The notes beneath the pieces were generated by a model that had not been told where the DNA came from, did no database searches, and saw only the letters and a list, made by a program, of their open reading frames with translations. Of a stretch of 64,000 nucleotides of DNA, positions 1-10,534 are shown piece after piece (the stretch's first letter is position 1; the number at the start of each line of letters is the position of its first letter). Both the position numbers and the translations under genes were made by a program. The DNA is from Phycisphaerae bacterium (GTDB lineage Bacteria; Planctomycetota; Phycisphaerae; Tepidisphaerales; Tepidisphaeraceae), in the NCBI GenBank assembly GCA_026004655.1, contig BPJO01000003.1:122254-186253 (forward strand), given 5' to 3'.

Positions 1-1693
1 GTAAGTCGCAGCTTTCAAGACAGTACACAATCGGTCCACGCCGCAAGGCAGCCTGATGACGCGCTTCTTCAACATACGGATGAGCTTCAATAAGAATCGG
101 TGGCATAGATAAGCTCAGCTTGATCTGGTCACCTGATTTCCACTCCCGGTCCAGCGCTACAAAAGTTCCTGATTGGCATTCAACGGGTTCTCTTCGTCCG
201 TTTATGCTGACGGAGGCTTGATTGCACCACCCCGGTATTCTCAGCACGACCGAAAACCGGACCGGACACGAGCAATCAATTTTCAGACGGATCTGTCCTT
301 CCCAAGGATAGTCCGATTCCTGACGGATAGTGACGGGTTGGTCCTGAAACTGGAAACGGGCTTGATTGGTCCCATACAGAATCAAATAGACCGCCTGTTC
401 TGAACATAGATAGGCGTAATGGGAAGATTCAGCAACGGTTCGGACGACATTAGGCGGACAGCAGAAACAACTGATCGATTTCTGGCGATCCGTGCTCCAC
501 CGAAGTGATACAGGCATGGGATCGAGCTTGCGAAGCGTGTTGGTATACGTGTAACTCGACCCGTCCAGGCTCACGCCGGCAAGAACACTGTTGTAAAGGG
601 TCAGTTCAATGATGTCGGCATAACGAGGATCAGCCGTGATCTGAAGCATTCTCCAATTCCACAGCAGGTTTCCGATCGCGGCACAGGTTTCGTTGTGTGC
701 TGTGGATTGAGGCAATTGGTAACTACGTCCGAACGCTTGATGAACCCGTGTAATGTTTAACTGATCCGCACTCCCGTCTGGCGAAGCACCATCAAAAAGT
801 GCACCGCATCCGCCTGTCAGATACAGCTTTCGTGAAACCAGATCCTGCCAGACAGCCAGCAGCGGTTCGAGCAAAGACTCATCTCCGGTTTCGGCATAAA
901 TATCAGCCATTCCGGCATAAAGATAGGTCGCACGCACCGCGTGTCCGTGTGCGGTGGTGTGTTCACGAAACGGAATACGGTCCTGATTGTCGTCGTCCCC
1001 TTTTTCAACCAGATTTCTCATCTCCAACAGTCGGGAGGCCAAATCGCGGTACCGGATGTTTCGAGTTTCGCGGTACAACTCAATCAACCCCATCAAATGA
1101 GAAGGGCAAATACCGTGCCTGGCTTGATGAGGCTTAGGATGAGCAAACATCCGATCCAGAAAATCCGCAGCCCGGACCGCAATTTTCATCAAACTGTCGC
1201 TCCCGCTTGCCCTTCGGTGCACCACCGCCAGGGTCATTAAATGCCCCATGTTGTACATCTCAAAATCCATGGGATTTTCGAACTCCGTAACCTGTTCACC
1301 GGCTTTCTGTCGGATTTGAATATCCGTATGGATATAACCATCTTCGCGCTGAGCCGCAGCAATGAGCCGTGCCAAAGACTCGATTTCCTGAACCAGTGAT
1401 CTGTCCTCGTAGATACCTGCGATCGCGGTAGCTCCTTCAAGCCATTTGTAGAAATCTCCATCGTTCCAACGAGGACCTCGATGGCGGCCTTCGATCAATC
1501 CGGCAGCGACTTCGAAATTGCCTGCAAACTTGACCCGCTCGATCTCACACATGTGCCTCTTCATCAAAGGAACCATCTTCTGATGACACAGCTGCATGTA
1601 TCGACCCCAGAATCCTCCGGTCCATCGAGAGTCCTGCCAAGGCAGGCTTCGCAGTCTGACATACGGGCTTGAGCTGGTGTCAGTGATACTCAC
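1..1693 (-). CDS. GH127-like glycoside hydrolase (beta-L-arabinofuranosidase / DUF1680 family), C-terminus cut by left window edge
   Basis: Absent from the ORF track because it is open at the edge. My own minus-strand translation from GTG 1693 gives an uninterrupted ~564-codon frame: VSITDTSSSPYVRLRSLPWQDSRWTGGFWG...WNDGDFYKWLEG...HGHAVRATYLYAGMADIY...KLYLTGGCGA...HNETCAAIGN...SCFCCPPNVVRT. The Cys-rich CCPPN segment and the (alpha/alpha)6-type motifs match my memory of GH127/HypBA1. The GTG overlaps the stop of the upstream gene (GTGA). Confidence 0.8.
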   Translation of the reverse strand, partial: MSITDTSSSPYVRLRSLPWQDSRWTGGFWGRYMQLCHQKMVPLMKRHMCEIERVKFAGNFEVAAGLIEGRHRGPRWNDGDFYKWLEGATAIAGIYEDRSLVQEIESLARLIAAAQREDGYIHTDIQIRQKAGEQVTEFENPMDFEMYNMGHLMTLAVVHRRASGSDSLMKIAVRAADFLDRMFAHPKPHQARHGICPSHLMGLIELYRETRNIRYRDLASRLLEMRNLVEKGDDDNQDRIPFREHTTAHGHAVRATYLYAGMADIYAETGDESLLEPLLAVWQDLVSRKLYLTGGCGALFDGASPDGSADQLNITRVHQAFGRSYQLPQSTAHNETCAAIGNLLWNWRMLQITADPRYADIIELTLYNSVLAGVSLDGSSYTYTNTLRKLDPMPVSLRWSTDRQKSISCFCCPPNVVRTVAESSHYAYLCSEQAVYLILYGTNQARFQFQDQPVTIRQESDYPWEGQIRLKIDCSCPVRFSVVLRIPGWCNQASVSINGRREPVECQSGTFVALDREWKSGDQIKLSLSMPPILIEAHPYVEEARHQAALRRGPIVYCLESCDL

Positions 1694-4600
1694 GGAGCTT
1701 CCTCCATCCACAAAACATAAGGCGGTTCAGGACGCTCACTGCTGATCCACTGACCCGTCTTCGGATCGATGTATCGACGACGATATTGTTTAGATGAATC
1801 CGTCATCAGGGGAGTGGTCTGATCGCGAACATACATCAAATAAGAAGATGTTCCGTCGGCTAACATGTCTTCAGAAACCGGAGACATTCGGGCGATTGAT
1901 TTTGCCAGTTCGGGGTCTAATTTCAGTTGAGGAATCGACCCACCGGCTAGGAGGATTTGCCAATTCCCTTCCTTCAGATCATTTCCGAGATAAACAAAGG
2001 CTTTGTCCGGATAGCGTTTTTTGTATTCTCGGATCATTCGGACCACATCCGAAGTGCTAGCGTTACCGGGATTCAGTTGCCTTTGCCATTGTCGAGGGGC
2101 TAGGTTTTTGCCGCCCGGTGGGGCGTACAGGTTGTCTCCGTAATACCAGAAACCCGCATCACTTGAGTTGAACCGGCTGAAAATCAGATCGATCACCCCA
2201 GACCGCTGGGGGTCTTCCAGAATCGCGTCAGTGACATCTTTAGGAGCATATAAACCGACTTTCACATCCCGCCCAGTTTCCTGTTCCCATTCATGGATCA
2301 CATCGACCCAAAACTGCACGAATCGTAGCGAACCGGTGTACTCCTCGCCGGTCAGGTGTACGACGTTCGAGCAGTCCTTTAGTTCGTCCAGTTGGGTCCG
2401 AATGTAATTTCGGTGCAAGTCGCGTAGTCTGGGGTTGTTATCCACATCGTAGAAAGTTTCCCCGATATAAATGAGTTTATCTCCCGCGTACGCGATGGGT
2501 TCTGGCAGACCTGTGTCATTGACGTTATTGGCCGGACGCCAGGGAAAATCGGTGTAATGGGCGCCAGCTTCTAGAATGCTGTGCTGCATGTAATGTTCGT
2601 TGAAGAGGATCAGGCCTTTTTGTGATGCCAGACCTGCAAACTCACGCAAACGTAGGTAGTAGTATGGATTAGGTTTGGTTAGATCCCATTTGCTGAGTCC
2701 GTCATAGGCTTTACCTTGCCCGGATCGTGCGAACGGCCATTCATAAAATGGTGCAACGACTTCGGCATCGGAACGACGAACGCGTTGGTGATCATCGCGT
2801 CTTCGTTCATACCACAACGGAGGATGCTGGACAATTCCAGCAATACCCGACCGAGACATGGATTCAGCGACCTGTTGTAAATCATCGGTAAAGCCGTTTC
2901 CTGTTTTTCCGGGAACGAATCGGGTCAAAGCTGGCTGCTTGCTGACATGGGGCGGACGGACACGCATGTTCCACCAGGGAACACCGGTCACGGAACCACT
3001 TACGATCTGCTGACCTGCAACCAACCACCCGTTTTTTATTGAAAGAGTTTTTTGAACTCGTTCACTCAGAGGAGCGACGACGGCTTCGGCGCGGATCAGA
3101 TTGCCGGGATCATCTATGGGCAACGGATCTGACGCAATCGATTGATCGATGAGATTGCTGACGGTTTGCTGAGACCGACGGGTCTGACTGACGAGTTCGG
3201 ACGCTTCCTGGGGTGTACTGCGTCTGGAACCTTCGGGAAGAAACGTCAAAAGACGTGCTCTGTGAGCGACTTGTTCACCGACTCGCTGAGCTAACTGAGT
3301 GTAATATAGGCTGCGTATGGGTGAGCCGTCGTCGGTGGCCCACCAGATACCGTCGCCGTCGTATTCACCATTGGTCCCGACCGCATAATTGTTTCCCTGC
3401 GGTGGTCGGAAGCAATGGATGACACCCGCAGAGCTGTTCCAAAGGACGCTATTGACGCCGCTCCAGCCGGCACACTGTTTGCGGTATCCGAGGTTGCGAA
3501 GCGAAAGATCACCCCCATCGATATGAACATTTTCAAACAGTGCCCCAGCCGCCCAGGAGTCGATTGTTCCAGAATCTCCTAGGCTGTTTTGGGATTGACA
3601 GACGGAAAAAACGTTGGGGCCTGCCGCTGCGAATCCGACGGCAAAGTCGTGAACGGCGTTTTCGGACCAGAGACGCTGCATCAATACCTGCTGGCCTTCG
3701 ATGATGAATGCCTGTCTTCGCCAACCACCGATTTCGCCAATCGGTTCTAGTGATTTGCAATCTTCGACGGTTACCCTTTTGGCGTTATTCCAGACAGCGA
3801 TAGCGCCGCCTGTGAAATGTCTGGCCACGATTCGTCGTGCCCACACGTCTTGGGCATGATCGATGACCAGTCCGAACCACGCATGATCTTCGTCGAAAGG
3901 ATTATTCCGATCATACTCTGATTGGAGTGTCAGATTCTCGATCCCGGTTTGTTGGATACGACCGGGAAACGTATACCGTGTGATCGATCCTCCACCGAAC
4001 CGGCTGTCGAGTCCGAACGTAATTGGTGCGTCAACGGTGACCGAATCTCGATCGACCCGAGTAATCACACGATCCCACACCAGGACGCGTGAACCCGCAT
4101 TCCACCGCCAGCCATGACGGTCCCCACCGAAATCATCCATTTTCATGGAAACAATCCACTCTTCAGTGCAAGGACGGGTGATAAGAACTGTATCCCCTTG
4201 ATGAAACGTGTGTCCTGGAACGGTAAAGGTCATGGCCCCGGCAGGGACGTACGAACCTTGGATGACGACCGGCTTTTCGGTTGTTCGATCGTCAGTCCCG
4301 GACAGTTTTACCAGAGGACGACGATCATTCCCCGTGGCGAGCAAGATCGTTTGATCGACTCCACTTCCACGAAGGACAACGCCTGACGTGTTAAGCTTGA
4401 TTTGTCCACTGATCCGATAAGTCCCCGGCGCTAAGAGCACCGCTCCGCGAAATCCCTGTTCGTTAACAGGCAATCGGGCAACTTGCTCGATAGCCTGATT
4501 GATCATGTCTGTGGCATCGTTATCGATCGGATAGACCACTAATTTGGCAGGAATTGTAGGAATTCCCTTTCCACCTCCCTGATATCCTGCGGTTGAAAAA

Positions 4601-4755
4601 TCGACGATCCTGTCCCCATTTTCGTGAGCCCGAATGACGAGTTTACCGTCTTCTAGTGTGACAAGAGGCTGTTGCGGAGGACGCTTGGTGGATTGTCCCC
4701 ATACCAAGGCGGTCATCAAACCCACCAACTTAAAAACCAGCATCAGTCGATTCAT
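1690..4755 (-). CDS. Secreted two-domain glycan-active protein: N-terminal right-handed beta-helix (pectate_lyase_3/tailspike-like) plus a large C-terminal glycosidase-like domain
   Basis: Track ORF 1690..4869. I prefer the internal ATG at 4755 (MNRLMLVFKLVGLMTALVWGQ is signal-peptide-like), which overlaps the upstream stop by 1 nt. The segment DATDMINQAIEQVA...GAVLLAPGTYRISGQIKLNTSGVVLRGSG is typical of the start of pectate-lyase-3-type beta-helix domains. The C-terminal ~450 aa is rich in W/Y/D, as in TIM-barrel glycosidases. Confidence 0.6.
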   Translation of the reverse strand: MNRLMLVFKLVGLMTALVWGQSTKRPPQQPLVTLEDGKLVIRAHENGDRIVDFSTAGYQGGGKGIPTIPAKLVVYPIDNDATDMINQAIEQVARLPVNEQGFRGAVLLAPGTYRISGQIKLNTSGVVLRGSGVDQTILLATGNDRRPLVKLSGTDDRTTEKPVVIQGSYVPAGAMTFTVPGHTFHQGDTVLITRPCTEEWIVSMKMDDFGGDRHGWRWNAGSRVLVWDRVITRVDRDSVTVDAPITFGLDSRFGGGSITRYTFPGRIQQTGIENLTLQSEYDRNNPFDEDHAWFGLVIDHAQDVWARRIVARHFTGGAIAVWNNAKRVTVEDCKSLEPIGEIGGWRRQAFIIEGQQVLMQRLWSENAVHDFAVGFAAAGPNVFSVCQSQNSLGDSGTIDSWAAGALFENVHIDGGDLSLRNLGYRKQCAGWSGVNSVLWNSSAGVIHCFRPPQGNNYAVGTNGEYDGDGIWWATDDGSPIRSLYYTQLAQRVGEQVAHRARLLTFLPEGSRRSTPQEASELVSQTRRSQQTVSNLIDQSIASDPLPIDDPGNLIRAEAVVAPLSERVQKTLSIKNGWLVAGQQIVSGSVTGVPWWNMRVRPPHVSKQPALTRFVPGKTGNGFTDDLQQVAESMSRSGIAGIVQHPPLWYERRRDDHQRVRRSDAEVVAPFYEWPFARSGQGKAYDGLSKWDLTKPNPYYYLRLREFAGLASQKGLILFNEHYMQHSILEAGAHYTDFPWRPANNVNDTGLPEPIAYAGDKLIYIGETFYDVDNNPRLRDLHRNYIRTQLDELKDCSNVVHLTGEEYTGSLRFVQFWVDVIHEWEQETGRDVKVGLYAPKDVTDAILEDPQRSGVIDLIFSRFNSSDAGFWYYGDNLYAPPGGKNLAPRQWQRQLNPGNASTSDVVRMIREYKKRYPDKAFVYLGNDLKEGNWQILLAGGSIPQLKLDPELAKSIARMSPVSEDMLADGTSSYLMYVRDQTTPLMTDSSKQYRRRYIDPKTGQWISSERPEPPYVLWMEEAP

Positions 4756-6239
4756 CAAGGTCCTTCCTCCAATGTACGGGTGAGTTGTTCGGAATGAATT
4801 AGACGTTGATTTCCCTGCCAAACACTCAAGCCCGGCATCGTGCCAAAATGTGATCCGTCGCGATCCCAAATCACTTTGAGAGTTCGTCCCTGGTAATGGA
4901 TGTTATCCAGAATGAACCAATCCCACAGACCGGATGGCAAAAGCGGATCCAGTTCTACCAACCCGTCCTCTCTTGGTATGAACCCGACCAATCCGTGAAT
5001 GACCAGATCGGCGAAGGTCGAGTGGTTGTAATGGATGCTTCGCGGATTATCTCCTTTCAACCAGAGACCCATAATCTCGTCATGGTATTCGCCGATGTAC
5101 GGTTTATCGTACATCACATGGGAGGCAGTATAAGTCTGAAAGGCTTTGAACCAGGTTTCTCGGGTTAGACAACACGACGCGTAATTTCTCAAGGCGTTCG
5201 CCAACGCGATCAAGGTCTGCGACGTCGCAAAAGGCCAGACCGCGCCGTCCCACTCACACTGTCCGACACCATGTGACCGAAACATTGGATGACTACGATC
5301 GGCTGTGGTCAGACCTGCCGGAGCCCAGAAACATTTTTCGTCAACGAGATATTTCCATGCAGATTCGGTGCCTGAATAAGGCAGATTAAAACACCAGGGA
5401 ATATAACCAATCAGTTCTCGGGCATCGGATAGACCGTTCTCGTCTTTCTGGGCCTTGAAAAACGAATCCTTTTCATCCCAAAGATGCTCGTGCACCAGCT
5501 TACGGAGGGTTTGGGCTTTTTCTTCAAAACGCTCCACCAGATCTGCACGTCCTGCCAGCCTCGCGATACGTGCCAAGGCGATTGCGTTAGCATACATATA
5601 ACTGTTGATCGTCGGACGGGCATTTTTGTGAATACGTGATCCACTGATGGATTCTTCCATTCCATCGCGTACATCGTATTGCCAGAAAAGTCCGTTGGGC
5701 AGTCGTTTTTCCGCCTCCCACAATTCATAGTCCGCGACAAACCGATCGAATTGAGAGAGGATATAAGACCGATCGCCTGTCACCAGATAGCGTTGCCACT
5801 CCGCCCAGTGAAGCCAACTGCTGTAATTGTGAAACTTTCGAGCTAGCCCGCCGGTTTCACCGGCTGTGAACCAGAAGTTCACGTATTCGTTGAGTAATGT
5901 CTGATCCGCCAGCCAGCGTCCCTCGGCCAGGTGTAATCCCAGCGCACAGCTGATGGCGTTATATGACGATGCATGACTGACAGGCGTGATAAACTCTGTA
6001 ACGATTCTTCCGTGAGGCGTTCGTTTGATGTGTTTACGATACACCCACCATCGAAAATAGTAGATGGTGCGGATCTGCGGGTCCGGACAATCAAACAGAG
6101 GACACTGATCCAGAATCCAATCGAACGATTCTGAGTTGGGAATCAGGTTGATAACCGGGCAACGGTCATCCTGGTTGAACTCATCGACCAACCGGCGAAT
6201 GAGGTTGTGATCCACAGATGTTGGGGGCGTCAGGACCAT
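4755..6239 (-). CDS. (alpha/alpha)6-barrel glycoside hydrolase, GH63/MGH1-like (tentative)
   Basis: 494-aa ORF with no signal peptide. Motifs such as WQYDVRDGMEESISGSR and WDGAVWPFATSQ resemble the acid-residue and aromatic signatures of GH63/GH37-like six-hairpin hydrolases. The family assignment is from memory only. Confidence 0.5.
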   Translation of the reverse strand: MVLTPPTSVDHNLIRRLVDEFNQDDRCPVINLIPNSESFDWILDQCPLFDCPDPQIRTIYYFRWWVYRKHIKRTPHGRIVTEFITPVSHASSYNAISCALGLHLAEGRWLADQTLLNEYVNFWFTAGETGGLARKFHNYSSWLHWAEWQRYLVTGDRSYILSQFDRFVADYELWEAEKRLPNGLFWQYDVRDGMEESISGSRIHKNARPTINSYMYANAIALARIARLAGRADLVERFEEKAQTLRKLVHEHLWDEKDSFFKAQKDENGLSDARELIGYIPWCFNLPYSGTESAWKYLVDEKCFWAPAGLTTADRSHPMFRSHGVGQCEWDGAVWPFATSQTLIALANALRNYASCCLTRETWFKAFQTYTASHVMYDKPYIGEYHDEIMGLWLKGDNPRSIHYNHSTFADLVIHGLVGFIPREDGLVELDPLLPSGLWDWFILDNIHYQGRTLKVIWDRDGSHFGTMPGLSVWQGNQRLIHSEQLTRTLEEGP

Positions 6240-6244
6240 TGATA

Positions 6245-8842
6245 TTACTCGATATTTCCGCTGCGCATGGCGTCTCGCCGGGTTAATACCGTTGACTGCG
6301 GAACGAACCCGAGTACGAGAAAGCTTCCACTTCCCCTTAGATCAAGAGTTTGTCTGCCGGCATCGTATCGCAAGGCATGAATGTCCAACGACGGGCAACC
6401 GTCGATCGTGGCAGCATTATCGATGCATGGTTCGCATCCTCCCCGATGCGAAGCCATCGCATCCAGTTCCAAGTCGGGCGGGCGACGCCAGATCGGTTTG
6501 GGACTTTTAAAATATCCGATCAAAGCCAGCACCGGTTCGGGAGACTCAAACTCGATTAGTGGCAGGGTACCGGATTTGGCTTGGTCTTGTGAGAATCGGA
6601 TCCCTGTCAAACCGACCAGTTCTGGTGCGATCGATCGGATCGTGTATCCCCGGTCGGTAAAAACCTTAGCCCCGGGTCGGACGTCGTAGACTTCGGCATG
6701 GGGTGAAATGAGGCGGATTTTACTTTTTCTAAAGGGTTTGATGTGGCTTTCATCCGGCCCTTCCGGTTCGCCACGTTTCAGGCGTTCCACCCGATCACGG
6801 AACTCTCGCAACTCGGCTTCATAGATGGGTAAGAGATGTCGCCAGTGATAGTTGTCACGTTTGTCGCCGAGTCCTCCGGGGACAGGGATGCGCCGTTGTT
6901 CGGTCTGCATCGTGTTGGCGAAATGGTAAGTCGTTTCGGTCAATCGAGTGAGTTCACGAAAATATTCGAAACTTTCGTGAAGGTGTTGTTCGGCCTCGAT
7001 CATGTCTTGCAGATCGCGGGTATGTGAATACCGCAGCACTCCGATGGCGGCCCGGACTTTTGCGACATAATTTCGGCTCATCGCGGTGATGCAGGCGATA
7101 TCATTCGCGATACGCTCAAACTCCGGTTGGTTCTGAGTGACATAAGAACGGGCTCGAGCGATTGATTCGGAGGCCCGTTGTGCGAATTGCAACACTTCCT
7201 CACAGATCTGCGGGGGTGTTTCACCTTCATGAGGCAAGTTCTGGACTTCTTTTTCGACGAACTCCTGCAGGCGTTCTCCGGGAGGGGATTGCGATTCCCA
7301 TAACTCTTCGAATGGTCTGTACTTGGCCGGATTTACCAGTTGATCCAGAAGCATTCCCAGGGACATAGTTTGTCGGTTGCCTTCGGTGATACCGAATCGC
7401 CGCAGCAGACGCGGAGCACATTCTCCGATGTCATTCAGCGCGTCAAGGATATGTTCGGCTGCCTTGGTGCTTCCGTACAGGTCAGCCAGTTTCCGAACCC
7501 AGTAGGCGCGATCTTCGTCTTCATCAATATGAGGGTTCCAGGCATACCTAGCCCAAGACTCGAACCACATCCAATCGCGGTCGATCTGACGAAGGGGAGG
7601 CATCGCCACGTCCGGTGAATCCGGCCAGTTCCAATAGGCTAGCGGATACAAGTGAATCCCTTTGGCCCCCAATCGGTCAATGGCCGCCCGAACGCATTTT
7701 TTGATGAATCGCTGGGCGCCGTACCTGAAGGGTTCGAGATTAGCCAGGATGTGGACATTGATCAGATGGGTGGAACCTAATTGACTCATCGACAAGTGAA
7801 CATTCTGTCGGACGCCTCGTGGTTCCCAGGTGGTCAATGATTCGCCGTTGTATTTGGCTTCGGTATAGAGATTTTTGTGGACTTTTAACGCTTCGGGGAC
7901 TACTTTTTTGGCGTCGGTGGCATGGGTCCTAAGAACAACGGGTGGTTCGACTGTGATCCCTGCTCGTTTCATTCCATCGTGAATTCCCCCGAGACAAACG
8001 TCGCAACACCAGAGGATTTGGTTTTCGAGCCCTTGCAAGGCTTCTCCGAGACAGATCATCAGTCCCACACGCGGAAACTGTACGACAAACTCGGCAATAC
8101 ATTTGCGCATGTAGTCACGGGCTTCGGGGGTGGGGGCTGACAACTGTGTGTCACAGCCATGCCGTTCGGCAAACGGTTTGGGCAGGATAATGGAGTAAAA
8201 GTTCTGGACCAGCCAGATTCCCCGACGGTCACATTCCGAGGCCAGCCAATGAAACATTTCCACATTCTTATCAAAGATTTCCGGAGTGACCTCCACCGCA
8301 TACTCATACCCTTTTACTCTGACCAGCGATGCGAAGGGATGTCCTGACCACAGATAAAGCGTGTTGAATCGCCAATCGACCAGCCTGTCCAGATATTCGG
8401 TCCAATGGACTTTGTCATAAAAAAATGGGAACAAGTCGGGGGTGTAGGGGTATTCGTAAACTTTTCGACCCGGCAAGTAATAAGTCTTTTGCATCCCGAT
8501 ACAAGGCCCCCTCAGCACCCAGTTGGGTGCATCGGAGAAATGGATCTGGTCGGGAATGCGTCCTTGCGTGCGGATCAGGTCACATAACGCGAGGGCTCCG
8601 TACAGTAGCCCGGAATCAGAACCCGCTATCATAATCGACCCGTCTGATTCCGTCCGAATCTCGAAACCTTCCGGACAAGCCGATTGTTCGATACCGACAA
8701 ACCGGATCACACGCCCGTCATCGGGTAGCGCTGCCTGAAGTCGTCGAGCCGCGTATAAAACGCGCTCGGACGCATTGGACGGAAGGATCATACGCCCTTG
8801 AATTGCAGCATCACCTGGATACACGGGTTCATCCCTCCCCAT
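6245..8842 (-). CDS. Putative glycoside hydrolase with a GH20b/alpha-glucuronidase-like N-terminal domain and a TIM-barrel core
   Basis: 865-aa ORF. The N-terminus ([33 protein letters not shown]...DAPNWVLRG) resembles the zincin-like N-domain found in GH20/GH67/GH115 enzymes. An alternative start at 8791 (MILPSN) would remove the 14-nt overlap with the upstream gene. Confidence 0.45.
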   Translation of the reverse strand: MGRDEPVYPGDAAIQGRMILPSNASERVLYAARRLQAALPDDGRVIRFVGIEQSACPEGFEIRTESDGSIMIAGSDSGLLYGALALCDLIRTQGRIPDQIHFSDAPNWVLRGPCIGMQKTYYLPGRKVYEYPYTPDLFPFFYDKVHWTEYLDRLVDWRFNTLYLWSGHPFASLVRVKGYEYAVEVTPEIFDKNVEMFHWLASECDRRGIWLVQNFYSIILPKPFAERHGCDTQLSAPTPEARDYMRKCIAEFVVQFPRVGLMICLGEALQGLENQILWCCDVCLGGIHDGMKRAGITVEPPVVLRTHATDAKKVVPEALKVHKNLYTEAKYNGESLTTWEPRGVRQNVHLSMSQLGSTHLINVHILANLEPFRYGAQRFIKKCVRAAIDRLGAKGIHLYPLAYWNWPDSPDVAMPPLRQIDRDWMWFESWARYAWNPHIDEDEDRAYWVRKLADLYGSTKAAEHILDALNDIGECAPRLLRRFGITEGNRQTMSLGMLLDQLVNPAKYRPFEELWESQSPPGERLQEFVEKEVQNLPHEGETPPQICEEVLQFAQRASESIARARSYVTQNQPEFERIANDIACITAMSRNYVAKVRAAIGVLRYSHTRDLQDMIEAEQHLHESFEYFRELTRLTETTYHFANTMQTEQRRIPVPGGLGDKRDNYHWRHLLPIYEAELREFRDRVERLKRGEPEGPDESHIKPFRKSKIRLISPHAEVYDVRPGAKVFTDRGYTIRSIAPELVGLTGIRFSQDQAKSGTLPLIEFESPEPVLALIGYFKSPKPIWRRPPDLELDAMASHRGGCEPCIDNAATIDGCPSLDIHALRYDAGRQTLDLRGSGSFLVLGFVPQSTVLTRRDAMRSGNIE

Positions 8843-10406
8843 AAACGATTTTGTTCAAATCGCGGTAAACGATTCCATCATTCGGATCACGTCGGATACG
8901 TAATGCAATCCATGGGCGTCCGGGAAGACGTACGACTGGTCCGTCCGCAACTGCTCGGTACGTGTCAGGTTCGCGCATGACATAGGAGTGTGGCAACGCC
9001 TCGATGGTCATGTTCCAGGTATCAATCACGTCCACAAAGAAACGCATCTTGGCGTTTAATCCGACTTGTGGAAGATCAAAGTTCCATTCGGTGCGTCGTT
9101 CTTTCCCGAAATAGATCAGGTAATACTGACCGGGTTGACCGACGGTGTACACGTCCTGCCATTTGTCGATGGGTTCGAGTCCCTCTTTAGGACCTTCTTC
9201 AAGGATTTTCCGTAAAAAAGCGATTCGGGAGGGGCTTTGACCGTACAACTGACCTCCCCGGGCCCACCAGATGATGTCTTGGGGATGCAAATAGGTTTCG
9301 CCGTGCCCGACATACGTTCCCGCAATGGTTCCCTGCCAAAAACGATGAACCATCTCCTCAGCGGTGAGGTTGCCCCATCGTTGGGGGATATTTCCCTCAT
9401 ACTTGACTTCATCAAAGACACAGGGTTTGCGATAGACATCCCGATAAAGGACGGCTCTACCAAAATCCTCTACAGCACTTCCGTTCTGAATGCTCGCGTG
9501 GGTGACCCACTTCTGATTGTGGTCGTAAATCAGACGACCGTTGTGAATCGAACGCAGATGGCCGTACGGGTCGGACTCGACCACGATACGGGCATATCGT
9601 TCCCAGTCCGCCGGTGTTTTGGTGGTCATGAAGTCGAACTCGTTGGCTAAAGACCACCAGACATTCCGATAAGCCGACAGACGGGCGATCACGTATTTGA
9701 GATAGCGGTCGTCCGAGGCTTCGTCCATCCGGTCGAATCCCCAGCGGCCCTTATCATATGGGTGGAATAAAATAATGTCGGCTTCGATCCCTAAATCCCG
9801 AAGTTGTCCGACCCGCTTCTCGAAATGCTGGAAAAAACGAGGGTTGAAACGCGTCGTATCCCACTGGTTCGGGGGAGTACCTTCAAACGGGTACAAGGGG
9901 GGCTCGTTTGAGTTGAACGCGTAATTCTTGGGAAATACGCACATCCGAATCTTATTGAACGGGGAATGCCTGAGCGTTTCGAGGGTTTGAGACTCGAGCT
10001 CTTCCCCTTGATGGGTCCAAGCGTAGGCAGTGGTTCCGATCTGACGATAAGGTGTACCGTCGGAGTAAGCAAAATGAAAAGTATGCGCTACCCGGACCGG
10101 TCCGTGATTATTCCCGGTCGGGGCAATGCAAGTGAATGATCCTGATTTGCCGGTTAAAGAAGGGTGATTCGAATGGGTTATATACGTCCATTCACCCTGA
10201 GATACAGGCATAAACCGAACCCGATAAACCCCTTGACCGTCGTAAAATCCGCTGACGTTGATCTGACGGTCCTGGCATCGAAAAGTTGCACTTAAGTCGA
10301 TATCAACAAAAGGATTGTTGCTGGAAGGCCCGTGGAGAACCAGCTCAAAAATATCCCACTGCTCGATGCGTTCAGGCACGTCGTCCTCCTCTGAGAACCT
10401 GACCAT
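8829..10406 (-). CDS. DUF5060/DUF4038-type glycoside hydrolase (GH5/GH140-like TIM barrel with C-terminal beta domain)
   Basis: 525-aa ORF. The N-terminal beta-sandwich ([26 protein letters not shown]...[25 protein letters not shown]) matches what I recall of DUF5060. It is followed by a cellulase-like core (WWSLANEFD...) and a C-terminal domain. Confidence 0.6.
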   Translation of the reverse strand: MVRFSEEDDVPERIEQWDIFELVLHGPSSNNPFVDIDLSATFRCQDRQINVSGFYDGQGVYRVRFMPVSQGEWTYITHSNHPSLTGKSGSFTCIAPTGNNHGPVRVAHTFHFAYSDGTPYRQIGTTAYAWTHQGEELESQTLETLRHSPFNKIRMCVFPKNYAFNSNEPPLYPFEGTPPNQWDTTRFNPRFFQHFEKRVGQLRDLGIEADIILFHPYDKGRWGFDRMDEASDDRYLKYVIARLSAYRNVWWSLANEFDFMTTKTPADWERYARIVVESDPYGHLRSIHNGRLIYDHNQKWVTHASIQNGSAVEDFGRAVLYRDVYRKPCVFDEVKYEGNIPQRWGNLTAEEMVHRFWQGTIAGTYVGHGETYLHPQDIIWWARGGQLYGQSPSRIAFLRKILEEGPKEGLEPIDKWQDVYTVGQPGQYYLIYFGKERRTEWNFDLPQVGLNAKMRFFVDVIDTWNMTIEALPHSYVMREPDTYRAVADGPVVRLPGRPWIALRIRRDPNDGIVYRDLNKIVYGEG

Positions 10407-10448
10407 ATCTCCTGATCGTGGACAGGGTATCCGATCCTGCGGAAAATA

Positions 10449-10466
10449 TTTGCAAATTTGCGCAAA
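10449..10466. promoter_or_regulatory. Two abutting perfect palindromes (TTTGCAAA, TTTGCGCAAA) in a divergent promoter region; candidate operator
   Basis: Read directly at 10449-10456 and 10457-10466, within the 128-bp gap between the divergent genes ending at 10406 and starting at 10535. Confidence 0.25.
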
Positions 10467-10534
10467 GCCACACTCCGCTTTTTGTATTGTACGAATCTCC
10501 CAATCGGTTGTATCTCAGCCAATGACTGATTAGC

